DNA of 63,405 nucleotides, filler included, from Octopus bimaculoides (lineage: Eukaryota), in assembly GCF_001194135.2 (NCBI RefSeq). It is 9 parts of 8 records of this genome, joined end to end, with 100 filler letters (N's around TTAATTAATTAA, not from the genome) between each part and the next. Parts side by side here need not be neighbours in the genome. Positions count along the whole stretch, not along the records: positions 1 to 22,771 come from NC_068982.1; 8 more parts are not named here. The stretch is one strand, 5' to 3'. Positions 9,812 to 21,747 of this stretch are shown here, piece after piece (position 1 is the stretch's first letter; each line of letters opens with the position of its first letter). The notes below the pieces were generated by a model. It was not told the origin of the DNA. It worked only from the letters and a program-made list of their open reading frames with translations, and searched no databases. The position numbers and the translations under genes were made by a program.

Positions 9812-10603
9812 GTTTGTGTGTACATTTGTCTAGATATCACATGGTGATCATAAATAAGCATCATTGCCATACAATTGAGGTTGTTTGTTTCCAGCCTTAG
9901 CTATGCGAAAATATTAAGTCGCTTGAAAACAAATACAAGTTGGTGACAGGAGGGACATTTGGCCTTAGAAAACCTGCCTCTGCAAAATCTGTCTGATCCA
10001 TGCAACATTGGAAAAGTCAATATTAAGAAATAATGATGACAGTGATGTGTGTGTGTGTGTGTGTTTGTGTGCGTGTATCTTTTTCTGTCTGTCTGTCTCT
10101 CTCTCTCTCTCTATCTCAATGAGATGAGCTGGCTGAACCCTTAGCATATTGAGCAAAGTGCATAGCCTTTTCTACATTCACATGGATCAGATTTTATGTG
10201 GCTGGATGCTCTTCCTGTTACCAATCTTCACCTATTCCCAGTAAAGCAATATTTCACAGACATGTTTTCATAAGGATTGAAAACAAAGAACACCATTTGC
10301 ATGACAGTAGCACAGTGTTTATAGCAAAGAGACAGTAAAGCACTCACACATATAAACACACACACACACACAGATATATAGATAAACATACAGACACACA
10401 CACACATATATACATATGCATGTGTGTGTGCGTATATACACATGCATACACACGCGCACACACGTATATATAGCAGCCTTCTTTCTGTGCTTATCTACTA
10501 AATCTAATTAAGGCTTCATTTGGCCCTGGGCTATAGTAGAAGATACTTGCCCAAGGTGCCTATCCACACCTGTATATGTATGTATGTGTGTGTGTGTGTA
10601 TAT

Positions 10604-10705
10604 CATCATCATCGTTTAACGTCCGCTTTCCATGCTAGCATGGGTTGGACGATTTGACTGAGGACTGGCAAGCCAGAGGGCTGCACTAGACTCCAATCTG
10701 ATCTG

Positions 10706-10706
<1 letters not shown>
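10604..10706 (-). mobile_element. 5'-truncated RTE-A 3' tail
   Basis: catcatcatcatcgtttaacgtccgctttccatgctagcatgggttggacg..., truncated at ctccaatctg next to (TA)n. Confidence 0.85.
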
Positions 10707-10742
<36 letters not shown>

Positions 10743-10972
10743 CACATGTGTGAAGGTATATGCACTTTATCTGTCTTTCAATTTCTGGACTAAAAGTTTC
10801 TGGTTAGAATGATTTACTCCAAGATTTGGTAACATCTGACACTTCTTTCTAAACGTTAACAACCTACATGTAATTTATAATCACAATCACTAAAATCACC
10901 AAGAAAACAGTTTTCTGTTACTTTCTCTCTATGCATAAATAACACACAAATGCTTAAGATGCTAAACCTCAC

Positions 10973-11405
10973 ATCATCATCATCGTTTAACGTCCGCTTT
11001 CCATGCTAGCATGGGTTGGACGATTTGACTGAGGACTGGTGAAACCGGATGGCTACACCAGGCTCCAGTCTAATTTGGCAGAGTTTCTACAGTTGGATGC
11101 CCTTCCTAACGCCAACCACTCAGAGAGTGTAGTGGGTGCTTTTACGTGTCACCCGCACGAAAACGGCCACGCTCGAAATGGTGTCTTTTATGTGCCACCC
11201 GCACAAGCCAGTCCAGGGGCACTGGCAACGATCTCGCTCGAAAATCCTACGGGAGCCAGTCAGGCGGTACTGGCAATGGCCACGCTCAAAATGGTGCATC
11301 TCATGTGCCACTCGCACAAGAACCAGTCCAGGGGCACTGGCAACGATCTTACTTGGCTTGCCGGGTCTTCTCACGCACAGCACATTTCCAAAGGTCTCGG
11401 TCACT
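10973..11405 (-). mobile_element. RTE-A 3' end: C-terminal codons, tandem-repeat 3' UTR and (GAT)n tail
   Basis: 11350-11405 matches 722-778 (end of ORF2). Internal duplicated unit of about 68 bp at 11166-11232 and 11278-11349. Tail identical to the other copies. Confidence 0.9.
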
Positions 11406-12029
11406 TTGTGAGAATTTCTTGTGGCAAGTCCACAGGTATAACACTGGTCAATATTTGGGAACTTTTTTTGATTTTATTTTTATTCCTGGATGTGATCTTA
11501 CATATTCTTGGGTTGCTGACTTTAAATATCTAAGCCATTTAGCTCTATCACGTAAGGATTTTCAATAAAATACAAATTAATGATAATAAAAAAATGTGAA
11601 TTTTTAATAAATTGATACTTTATTAAAATGAAGCAAGTAATCATGGAAAAGCATATTCTGTTAGTTTTAAAAGCATGTGTATTCCAAATCAACTCGATAC
11701 GAGTTATATTCATCATGAAATGAATTATCAACATCAAATCAAATTAATGTAAAAAAAATATGGCCCTAATGGTTTGGCTATACATTGATTCAAAGGAAGG
11801 AGGACCACTTTGAATTCCACTTGTGCTGTGCATCCAGGTCATCATGTTTCAGTGACCAGCAGAAATCCAGCTTCATGCTGACACTCCATTTTCTCCAGTA
11901 TCAAGTTTCTATGCCAAAGATGTTATACCTCACTCTGAGAATGTCTTGTGGCAAGTCCACAGATATAACATTGGTCTGCATTTGAAAATGTTTTTAATTT
12001 TATTCTTATTCATGAAGGAACTGCTCTCC

Positions 12030-13010
12030 TAGTTCCCCAATGTCGTCCTCACAATTCTTTGGAAAATATTCACGATGTGAGTGCAAACTGTGCATCTTGA
12101 CACTTGTCCTGGACCCAAGTTGTTGGAAACTGGAAACCAGGTCTTGGATTCATTTTTTTCATATTCTTGTTTCCCAAGAAGTTTTGGACATTCACCTTGA
12201 CACCTGCTAATGCTTCCTCAAAATATTTGTCCTTCATCAATTCCTGAATCTGAGGGCCAATGAAGATTCCTGAATTTAGCTTGCCTTCTCTTATACTAAG
12301 AAACTTGGACACCAGGTACTTGAAAGCAGCTCCATTTTTGTTCAGGGCTTTCACAAAATTTTTCATAAGCCCTACTTTGATGTGGTGGCAGCAGAATTTT
12401 CTTGTTGCACAGCTTTCACTTTGTGATTTCCAGGTAAGAAACTGGTTGGTGGCCAGTCTTTTTGTTCATAGTGCTGGCTTTCTGCCCTACTATCCCAAAG
12501 ACAAAGAAAATAAGGATACTTGGTGTGTCCTCACTGGAAGACCTAGTATGTGAGCAATAAATTTTAAATCACCACAAATTAGAAAATTGTGATTATGGTA
12601 CTTGATGGCAGTTATTAGTGTCTTCATATTTTCATAAGTTTCTGGCATTTGGACCCTATGGCCAATTGGCACAGATGCAGCTGTGTTGCTATTGTAGAGA
12701 AGAACAGCCTTTAAACTTCTGTTAGAAGAATCAACGAAGAGCCTCCATTCATCTGCTTTGTTTGACTTCCCGACGTGTTCAATAAGACCAGAGGTATTTG
12801 AACAGAAAACTAAAGAATCTTGTTTCTCCAAGAACTGAGTGAATTCCACTTCACAATGATGGTACCAAGCAAATGTTCCAGGAGCTAGAAGTTTGTGTTC
12901 CTTCAACCTAGAGCAAAGTAAGAGCACTTTCTTTTGGAAGGTTAAGGTCTCTTACCAAGTCATTGAGCTCAACTTGTTTGAAGAGTTTGAGGAAAACTTT
13001 GTTGTTGTTA
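12030..13010 (-). mobile_element. Degenerate DNA transposase, Chapaev3-like (CMC superfamily)
   Basis: Motifs FKQVELNDLVRDLNLPKES, WRLFVDSSNRSLKAVLL, SVPIGH..ETYENM, ICGDLK, MKNFVKALNK.G..FKYL..KF..I.EGKL..GIFIGPQI and VKMHSLHSH..YFP.N. Family assignment is from recalled motifs, not a search. Confidence 0.7.
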
Positions 13011-13195
13011 GTTAAACATTTTCGCAGTCATGGCATCGCTGGCATTCTTGGCACGGGATCGTTAATGAATTTTTTACCGATGGTAGTCAACCTTCCTTTT
13101 CTCATTTGACATCTTTAGCGCTACTTGTCTTTTTTTTTTTTTACAGTCAAAACACTCGCAGCCTAAACGACAGAAATTCTTCCCTTGCTGCTCAA

Positions 13196-13225
13196 AACCA
13201 AAGGAGTTCGAGAACTCCTTTGGTT
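13196..13225. repeat. Near-perfect hairpin: 14-bp arms, 2-nt spacer
   Basis: aaccaaaggagttc-ga-gaactcctttggtt. Confidence 0.95.
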
Positions 13226-13324
13226 GTATGTTGTAAAGTCTGAGGTTCTCTTTCGAGATGACTCAGAAACTCAGGATTTTTATAATCTTTTCCTGTATAA
13301 ATACTCTCTCTCCCCCTCTCTCTC

Positions 13325-13359
<35 letters not shown>

Positions 13360-13374
13360 ATAAACTCACTTAAG

Positions 13375-14215
13375 CTATCATACTCTCTTTCTTTGGGCGA
13401 AAACCCTGCGGCATCAAACACCACAAGGAATCTTGTGGTAAAGTCAATAGCAACTTAAGACGGAGTGCCCACATAAACAACAAAGCCAACATGGCCTGCA
13501 AGGCTTGCTCCTGGATCCTCAGGACTTTTCGTTTTAGAGACGCTCATTATCCATTTCTTTTACACCTGCGCCCGTCCTCACCTTGAATACTGCTGTCCGC
13601 TATAGTCTCCCTACATGAAACAATGTTTTTTTTTTTTAAAGTGAAGCACCCCAGATATCGATCACAAGGAAATTAGATGATATGACAGGTCTTGATTACT
13701 GGGATCGTCTCAAGAAACTCAAACTTTATTCCCCCAAATATCGCCATGAGTGCTATATCCTTTGTATGATGTGAAAATTATTCCAACAGAATTTCTCAAA
13801 GGATGCTGGCATCATTTTCAAAATTCATCCTCGGCTTGGTCCCTGTGCTATCTTTTCTCTACTGAAGTCATGTTCGAGTCACTTCACAACACTAAAGCAG
13901 AAGTACTTCACCTCAACTGGCCCTGCTCTCTTTAACATCATGCCAAGCCACATAAGAGAAGAAAACGATCCTCTAACATTCAAACGGTTCTGGGCGAATA
14001 TCTCCAATAAATTCCAGATAAACCACCTACACCCAGATATATCTCTGCAAACAATAACTCTTTTACTGGTATGAGCTATGGGGTGCCCAAAGAATGACTA
14101 GTATGAAACATCATCAAATGTCTTTTCCAGGTGGTGCTAATAAGTTAGACATTGTGTGCGTTATACTGTGTATATGCGGAAATAAAACTGGATTCAAGCT
14201 TAAAGGGTATTTGCA
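13375..14215 (+). mobile_element. CR1/L2-type LINE 3' fragment, degenerate
   Basis: Frames give SAHINNKANMACKACSWILRTF, RPHLEYCCPL.SP, LDYWDRLKKLKLYS, GPALFNIMPSHIR and IPDKPPTP.Y...NNS. Confidence 0.8.
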
Positions 14216-14336
14216 ATGGTAAATTACGGGATTTCCGCACAACTAGCGCATTTTTCTCTAATAGAGAAAAGTCGTCCAGGACAGTTCACTCACAATTCAC
14301 AATGAATACAGCTACATTTATATAATATTCATAACA

Positions 14337-14556
14337 TTAAGGTGGCGAACTGGCAGAAACGTTAGCATGCCGGGCGAAATGCTTAGCGGTATTTCGTCCG
14401 TCTTTACGTTCTGAGTTCAAATTCCGCCGAGGTCGACTTTGCCTTTCATCCTTTTGGGGTTGATAAATCAAGTACCAGTTGCTTACTGGGGTCGACCGAA
14501 TCGACTAGCGCCCACCCAAAAGTTTTAGGCCTTTAGCCTAGAGTAGAAAAGAATAT
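14337..14556 (+). mobile_element. SINE family A (Meta-like core) with a 15-bp TSD
   Basis: Head ttaaggtggcgaactggcagaaacg, B box gagttcaaattcc, core gcctttcatccttttggggttgataaatcaagtaccag. TSD aatattcataacatt at 14324-14338 and 14552-14566. Confidence 0.9.
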
Positions 14557-14786
14557 TCATAACATTGTTTCTTTCATTATCCATTTATTCTTATAATAAT
14601 TCTCCACTAACAAATTTTGCCAGCAAATTTCTTTGGTTTTTTTCTCACCTTCCTGAAAAAGTGTCTGTTGAAAAAAGAAAATAATCTGTCCGAACATAGA
14701 TCTGCTGAATCAGAGATGAGATGACAACAAAACTACGAAACACACACAAACACACACACACACACTCTCTATATATACTCACATGA

Positions 14787-14849
<63 letters not shown>

Positions 14850-15506
14850 GTGCGTAAGCAAAAATCACAAAAAACACACTTATACGTATATGAGGAGCTT
14901 CCACATTTTCCGCCCGATATTCATTCACAAAGCAATGTTCGCCCAAGAGCCATTAAAGAAGTCACAAATATAAGTAATTTTATTTCAAATTGATTTGGGA
15001 GTTTATTTGTCTCTGCGTCCGTTCAAATGAGAAGAGAATTTGTGCGGTTCATATCAAGATCGAAGGTAATTTGTATGATTCATATGGTTCATATGGTTCA
15101 TATCTTAAAATGATTTTGGAAAAGACAGAACCTTAGAATGAAAAGGTTTTTGATATTTGTATTCATGTGATTAAGATCTAATTCTTCTGCTTATCGGTAC
15201 CTTTCTTCGATCTGAAAATTAAAAAGAAAGAATGAAACAGCAATATTAGAAATACAGGAGTAATTTCATTTTTTATTCTTTTACAGGCTTCAATCATTGG
15301 ACTGTTGCCATTCTGGGATTCTGACACGAAGGTGTTTAGTTGATTATGTTAACACAGTACTGTTCATTGTTTGGTACTTAGCGATCACAGTGTAATGACG
15401 GATAGAAAAGTTGATTTCGTTGAAAGGGACGTGCCGAAACAGTGTCGAACACACAACAAAGTATTTTTGAGGACCGAACCATTCATCACTGACATACATA
15501 CATACA

Positions 15507-15534
<28 letters not shown>

Positions 15535-15537
<3 letters not shown>

Positions 15538-15665
15538 GTTAAATAAAATGAGACAACAAACCCAAGGATGTGTGGAATTTTCAGGACAGTTATAAAGAGA
15601 TAGTCTTACAGTTGTTTCTGGGATATTAGGGATATTCCTTCATCAGAGACGATGTGAAATGGTTT
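15535..15665 (-). mobile_element. PLE pseudo-LTR-like fragment
   Basis: Carries an HHR core and sits next to a (CATA)n tract. Confidence 0.55.
15603..15651 (-). ncRNA. Hammerhead ribozyme-like motif from a second family
   Basis: Minus strand gtct-CTGATGA-aggaatatccctaatatccca-GAAA-caactgt-a-agac. Stem I gtct/agac, near-palindromic stem III aca(a/g)ctgt, GUA cleavage triplet. Confidence 0.6.
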
Positions 15666-15667
15666 AA

Positions 15668-15795
15668 TAGAGGCAAAGGGTTCGACAGAATAAGTACCAG
15701 GCTTACAAAGAATAAGTTCTGGAGTCGATTTCTTCTTCTAAAAGGCGGTGCTCCAGTATGACCGCAGTCAAAATGATTGAAACAAGTAAAAGAAT
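15668..15795 (+). mobile_element. SINE family B 3' half
   Basis: gaataagtaccaggcttacaaagaataag...ggcggtgctccagtatgaccgcagtc..gaaacaagtaaaaga. Confidence 0.75.
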
Positions 15796-15944
15796 ATATA
15801 TACATTTATGTATACAAATATGTACATATTGTGCGTGTGTCAGTGTTTGTGTGTGTGTTTATGTGTGTGTGTGTTTGTGTGTGTGAGCACGCGCACATAC
15901 ACACACATATTTAAAACCGTTTAATTCGTCCTCCAGTGACTTAA

Positions 15945-15987
<43 letters not shown>

Positions 15988-16515
15988 CAGACATATATAC
16001 GTAAATACATATTTATATGTACATACAAACATGCATACACACACACATACACACATACACATACACATGCATACATACATACATACATACATACATACAT
16101 ACATACATACGTAGAAAGAGGTAGGAGGGTAGAGAGAGAAACAGATGACGTCAGATGAATATCTCACCTTTGTATGCTAATTGGTAGCAAGTATCGAAAT
16201 CAATGTCTCCTCTTGGTGTCATATGTGAGTCAGGTACTGATCGCATCGCGTAGCGTGTGTTAATTTTCAAATGACTTGGATGTCCATGAAAGTCTGATTG
16301 GTAAATGCTTTTTGTAGGCTGAGCTAAATTTTTCAGACTGCCTATGAGAAGTTTTTTCTGTCTATATATTGTTAAAGGAGGCCAGTGGTACGTATGCCTG
16401 TGTGGGTTAAGATAGTCTTGCTAAATTGAACAGAAAGATAATATTTCATTTAATGTAAAGCACACTGGAATCAATTTATTATATGCTATTTTCACAGTCA
16501 GTATCATATGAAGTG

Positions 16516-16733
16516 TTAAGACGGCGAGCTGGCAGAATCGCTACCCCGCAAAATGCTTAGCGGCATTCCGTCTGTCTTTACGTTCTGAGTTCAAATTCCT
16601 CCGAAGTTGACTTTGCCTTTCATATTTTCGGGGTCGATAAAATAAGTACCAGCTGATCATTGAGGTCGATGTAATCAGCTTACCCCTCCACCGAAATTGC
16701 TGGCCTCGTGCCAACAGTTGAAACCAACTTTAA
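16516..16733 (+). mobile_element. SINE family A with a 12-bp TSD
   Basis: Family A head and core; TSD atgaagtgttaa at 16508-16519 and 16734-16745. Confidence 0.85.
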
Positions 16734-16822
16734 ATGAAGTGTTAAAGATCTTTTGTCAATCTCCACTAACAGCATATCTCTAGAATGACTGGCATTGCAT
16801 CATTTTGTTGCAGATTACCATT

Positions 16823-16871
<49 letters not shown>

Positions 16872-17399
16872 TATAGGCGAAGGGAAAACAAGAGAATTAG
16901 ATGTTTTCAGTAATTTTGAGGCAACAAAATCAGCGAAATAAAATTTTAGGCTGGAAATGTTGTTTGTTAACACATGAGTAATTGTTAACTGATTGTCTTG
17001 AATTTTTTTATTCAATGATATAATGCTCCCCTTACTCTGCTTCATACGTAGAACTGAAAATGTTGTGTGTAACATATGGATTTAATATACATCCAGAAAT
17101 ACCAACCCTAAAATGTTTCTTCTGCATCTAGCTAGAGGAATTTTGCATCATCTATGTCGTTGATAAATCAGTATGCGAAACGTGCACGTTATGACTACCG
17201 TATTTGTTTCCTTGATGCAAACGGATTTACTACAAGCAAATATTGTCCTGACACACTTTTTTTTTCCAGCAAGAGAAATTATTATATTATTTAATTTGTG
17301 TTTGTGATAGTCCAATTAAGTTATTTTATACTTAGATTGAAGTAATGACTGTACATTTTATGATAACGGTCACTGCATTGTCAAGTTATTTACTTTCTA

Positions 17400-18563
17400 C
17401 TGAATTAGTCAAATTCCTTAAAAATAGTTGCTCGCACATATAAGTAACTTCATTAACTTGACGGGGTAAGTTCAACTCTAATCATACGTATATATTTGAA
17501 AGAAATAGGTTCCACTTGACTATAAAGTTCTAGATTCCGCTATTGTCAATTTGACGCGCGCCGGGCACACTGCCAATAAAATAGTTAAGTTGACGAAACT
17601 TCCAAAAGCAACAGTTTATTGTGAGTATAAAGAATTTAAAGAAGAGGCAAAGATTAATAGAAAAGAACACAAGACTCGAAGTGATTCCAAACGATCGATT
17701 GAAGCCAACCCATCCACATCCATAACAACAGAGCTGTGAACATGAATCTTGGCATGACTAGCTATGTTCGGCAATGCCGTCACCTCTTAGCAGCCAAGGC
17801 CAGAGCAATCAGAGCCGAGAAATGTCCAAAGCTTGTCATTTGTCAAGCATCAAACTGCAGGAAAAACTCAAGTTTGTGGACGAGAAGGAGTTCATTGTGG
17901 TCGCTGAGGTGAAGCACAGGAATTCTCGAGTGATTGCATACAACTCTTCTGACGTTCCCCCTGTGTTTGAGACTAAGAATCCTGTCTCTGCGATAATATT
18001 TGGAGCCGTGGCGAGTGATGGAAGTGTCATGGATCCACATTTCATGAGTCTGGTTTGAAGATCGGCACTAAGGAGTATCTGGACATCCTCAAGAACTCTC
18101 TATTACCTTGGATAGAGCAGGAGTTTGGGCTTGACAATGTGGTGCTTATCGAGGACTCTGCACCATGTCATGGGTCAAAAGCAACACAGGCTTTCCTTGG
18201 TGAGAAGGTGCCATTTTGTGCGGGCCAGCATCTTGTCCAGTAATAACCTTTTCGATTACTTTTTATGGGACGTACTTCAAACAAAGACCGATGCTTCACC
18301 ATGCTCGAGTGTCTACAGTTTGAAGACCTGCATCGTGCGTGCAACACGCAAAATCAAAAAAGCGGAGGTTACGGCAGCTTAAAAAAAATTCATTTTCGTG
18401 TGGAGGTAGTAATTGCCCAAAAGTGCGGCCAGATTGAGTGATAAATGTTGTTGTTGCAATAAACGTTACATTAAAATTAGATCTGTCTACTACCATTATT
18501 TTAGTATTTATAACCAGTTTTATGCATCGTAAAAATTGTCTCAATTTATCTGCAAAACCCTGT
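17400..18563 (+). mobile_element. Tc1/mariner-superfamily transposon (maT/DD37D-like), frameshifted
   Basis: Fragments: HTH-like AGHTANKIVKLTKLPKATVY; KFVDEK.F; KNPVSAIIFGAVASDG; LKI..KEYLDILKNSLLPW; IEDSAPCH; LFDYFLW. Right end ...gcaaaaccctgTA. Left TIR not found. Confidence 0.8.
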
Positions 18564-18567
18564 ACAT

Positions 18568-18785
18568 TGCTTTCAAATTTTGGCACAAGGCCAGCATTTT
18601 CCGGGAAGGAGTCATGTCGATTACATCGAGCTCAGTACTTAACTGGTACATATTTTATCGACATCGAAAGGGATGAAAAGTAAAGACAAACTCGGCGGCA
18701 TTTGAACTCAGAACGTAAAGACGGGCGAAATGTTAATAAGCATTTTTCTCGGCGTGCTAACGATTCCGCCAGCTCGCTACCTTTG
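18568..18785 (-). mobile_element. SINE family A
   Basis: Reverse complement of the family A head and core; tail ggccttgtgccaaaatttgaaagc. Confidence 0.8.
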
Positions 18786-19202
18786 CCAATATCGACTTCG
18801 TTAACATNNNNNNNNNNNNNNNNNNNNNNNNNNNNNNNNNNNNNNNNNNNNNNNNAGTTTCCTGAATACACAAATGGAAATGACTTACCGTATGGGTTGT
18901 GGTGCACTCAACCTCTCCTCCTATTCTTATGTTGTATTTATCAAACTGGGCGCCACTATGCATCACACGTTTTCGTTCTAAATTAACGCAGATTATGTCA
19001 CAATTAAGCTTTTAATAATTATTTCTATAAAGTAAGACTGAAATTTTAAATGAATTAGATAACTTCAAAATTATTTTCACTTATTATAATCACTTCTCGG
19101 CTCATTTGATAACGAGTAAATTCTTTTTAGATCTTTTAATTTAAAAAAAATTATTTGGCAGCCAATAGTGTAAAGTTAATTATTCAGTGAGTTAGATTTA
19201 TC

Positions 19203-20230
19203 CAGTAGTGGGCACGGTTCCGCTAACTCGCTAACAGTTAATTAGTGAAGCTAACTTTTCGTTTAGCGGATTTACGTTTTCACTACTTTCAAAACCGTTA
19301 GCGGACCAATTAGCTTACGCTAAATTTACTTCCGTCAATTTTAAGACCACTAACAAAATTCATACGTTTGTTCTTGTTTGTTGTGGGCATGTCTCGAAGA
19401 GTCCGTCAGTCACGCTATTGGCTGACTGCGTGTACACATGACAAGACATGATTGATCGACGCAGCAGCAGCTAGCTGAACAGCATTGTGTAATCCCGCAC
19501 TTTTGAGTTGTGTTCACTTACGAAGTTATCATATTACAGATATCTTACAGTATCAGCGACAGTAGTGTACGTTATCGCTTATCGTTATGGAAGGTGAAAA
19601 CGGTTTTTGTTCTGCCTGAGGATGAAGGGCCTGTTGAAAAGTCTGCAACGGCTGTGAGTGAGGCGGAGCTGATTCAGGTTGAGAGCTAGATGTCGCAGAA
19701 GCCGTGGCGCCACTCGGGAGGACTATTTTGTCCTTACGTCAAGGAATAAGATGAATGCCAAAATCCTGTACTTCTGGTGCATCATCTGCCAGCCCAACGA
19801 GAACACCATCAAGGGACAAGCGGCAAGCCTCTACAACTTGAAGTCGCATGTCAAGAGGAAACACCCAGCGCATGCCATCCGGTTTGTGGAGAGGACCAAG
19901 GCCGGCTCTTTCTGTGGGGAACACAGACAATCTTCTGGTAGCAATGCTAGTAGCCAGTCGTCGCAGCCATGTGCAAGAAACATACGCCAGCCCAGCATTG
20001 GCGAGGTGTTTTCCGAAACTGCTGGCACAGGTGTCCATCAGTCTATGGTGGACAGAAAGGTTGTAGACCTGTTTGTCGACAACATGCTACCGCTGCATGT
20101 AGTGGAGTCCCCCACCTCGGTCGGCCTGATCAAGACGCTGAACCCAAGCAAGACGTCAATGTCCCGCTGCACTCTGAGCATAATAATCTTGGTCAGCCAT
20201 AAACAGCTGGAAGAGTAGCTCACAAGGTAT
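19203..20230 (+). mobile_element. hAT transposon 5' part with BED zinc finger transposase N-terminus
   Basis: Terminus CAGTAGTGGGCAC followed by subterminal (c)gctaa/ttagc repeats. ORF 19679..20218 has the BED finger WCIICQ...NLKSHVKRKHP and V.QSMVD..VVDLFV..MLPLHVVESP. The right end is missing. Confidence 0.8.
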
Positions 20231-20384
20231 TTCCAAATTAAAATTATACAAGATTATTAAAATATTATTATAGCGTACTTCACATTTTCTTAATTTAATT
20301 ATTTAATTATTTGTTAAATAATTATTTTCTTAATTAATGTAATAAAATGTATAATAGCTATTTGAAATGTCATATATAAGGAAA

Positions 20385-20720
20385 ATAAGACAAGGTAGAA
20401 AACCTAATATATGCATTAACTTGCTCAGGGTGTCGAGAACAATATATTGGTCAAACTAAAAACAGTCTACGCCAGCGGATGACGGTATATAGATCCAAGA
20501 TTGAAATACGGGATTACAGAAAAATAGGATTAAGTGAGCACATCGATATTTGCGCCACTAATGAACAACCTGACTTTAGAATTTTTCCCCTCTATAAATT
20601 CAGAGACAATGCAACCTATAATCAGCGCATTAGCAAAGAAGCAAATTCTATCGCAAAATATAAACATCTTTTGAATGCTTTCACCACAGATGAAACTAAC
20701 TACAAGAATTTAGAACAATT
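20385..20720 (+). mobile_element. Penelope-like element GIY-YIG endonuclease fragment (Neptune-like)
   Basis: Translation NLIYALTCSGCREQYIGQTKNSLRQRMTVYRS.I...LSEHID.C. Confidence 0.8.
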
Positions 20721-20937
20721 CCAACTGCTACTGCTACGACCACAACAGGTCACTTTTAGGTCATTTGACCATTAAAGAAGATTCCACAAACAATCTACTG
20801 TGTTACACCACTCCTGTATTTTTCTTTTCTTTCTCCTCCTCCTCCTCCTCTCCTTCTTCTTCTTTTTCTTTTTCGTTTTCTTTTTCTTCTTCTTCTTTTT
20901 CTTCTTCTTTCCCTACTCCCACTTCTCTTCTTTCTTC

Positions 20938-20970
<33 letters not shown>

Positions 20971-21049
20971 TTCTTCTTCTTCTTCTTCTTCTTCTTCTTC
21001 TTCTTCTTCTTCTTCTCCCTCGGCTGCTCCTGCTTAAACCATCAATTCT

Positions 21050-21238
21050 CTATACTCATAAAACTATTCCTTCAGCTTTACTACTACCTACCTACCAAGC
21101 ATTCACAAAGGAAGAAACTGACATGCAGACTATTTGAAGACTATGGAAATATTTACAAAACATTTCACTTAATTTGTTCTCCTATTTGTTTTTCTTATTT
21201 TACTCTTAGTTGAAAAAGTCTAAAAGACGGAAACCGGT
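21050..21238 (+). mobile_element. Probable 3' pseudo-LTR of the same PLE with a variant HHR-like core
   Basis: gTTGAAAAa-gtct-aaa-agac-gGAAA-ccggt at about 21209-21238, with palindromic accggt. Confidence 0.4.
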
Positions 21239-21747
21239 NNNNNNNNNNNNNNNNNNNNNNNNNNNNNNNNNNNNNNNNNNNNNNNNNNNNNNNNNNNNNN
21301 NNNNNNNNNNNNNNNNNNNNNNNNNNNNNNNNNNNNNNNNNNNNNNNNNNNNNNNNNNNNNNNNNNNNNNNNNNNNNNNAAACTTAACAAATTTCGATCA
21401 TCATTCCAGCCCTCACATCGGTTAAACATCCCACCACCACTACCAACGCGTCACTTATCAAGGCAATGTCACTATTTTTAAAAGTTTAATAACAAGGCTT
21501 TAAGTTATAAGTAATATTTCCATGAATTTAGAATTGATTTCATATTCAGTGTAATGATACACTTTTATAGGCTAATGAATGCCATGAAAATCATTTTTGC
21601 TATAAAACAATAAATGAAGAGTTATTAGCAATTAAAATTTGAAACTTTTGGGTAGTTTTAGCCAAACGTAAGCCACAGACATATTCATGTCTGTTTTCAT
21701 AGTAACAAGCGGAAAATGAGAACTCTTTTGTCTGCGAGAAAGCACGT

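Noticed and set aside
11039-11568. 164-aa and 140-aa plus-strand ORFs
   Set aside because: Antisense readings of the GC-rich RTE-A 3' UTR; the same peptide start recurs at 4440 and 23029.
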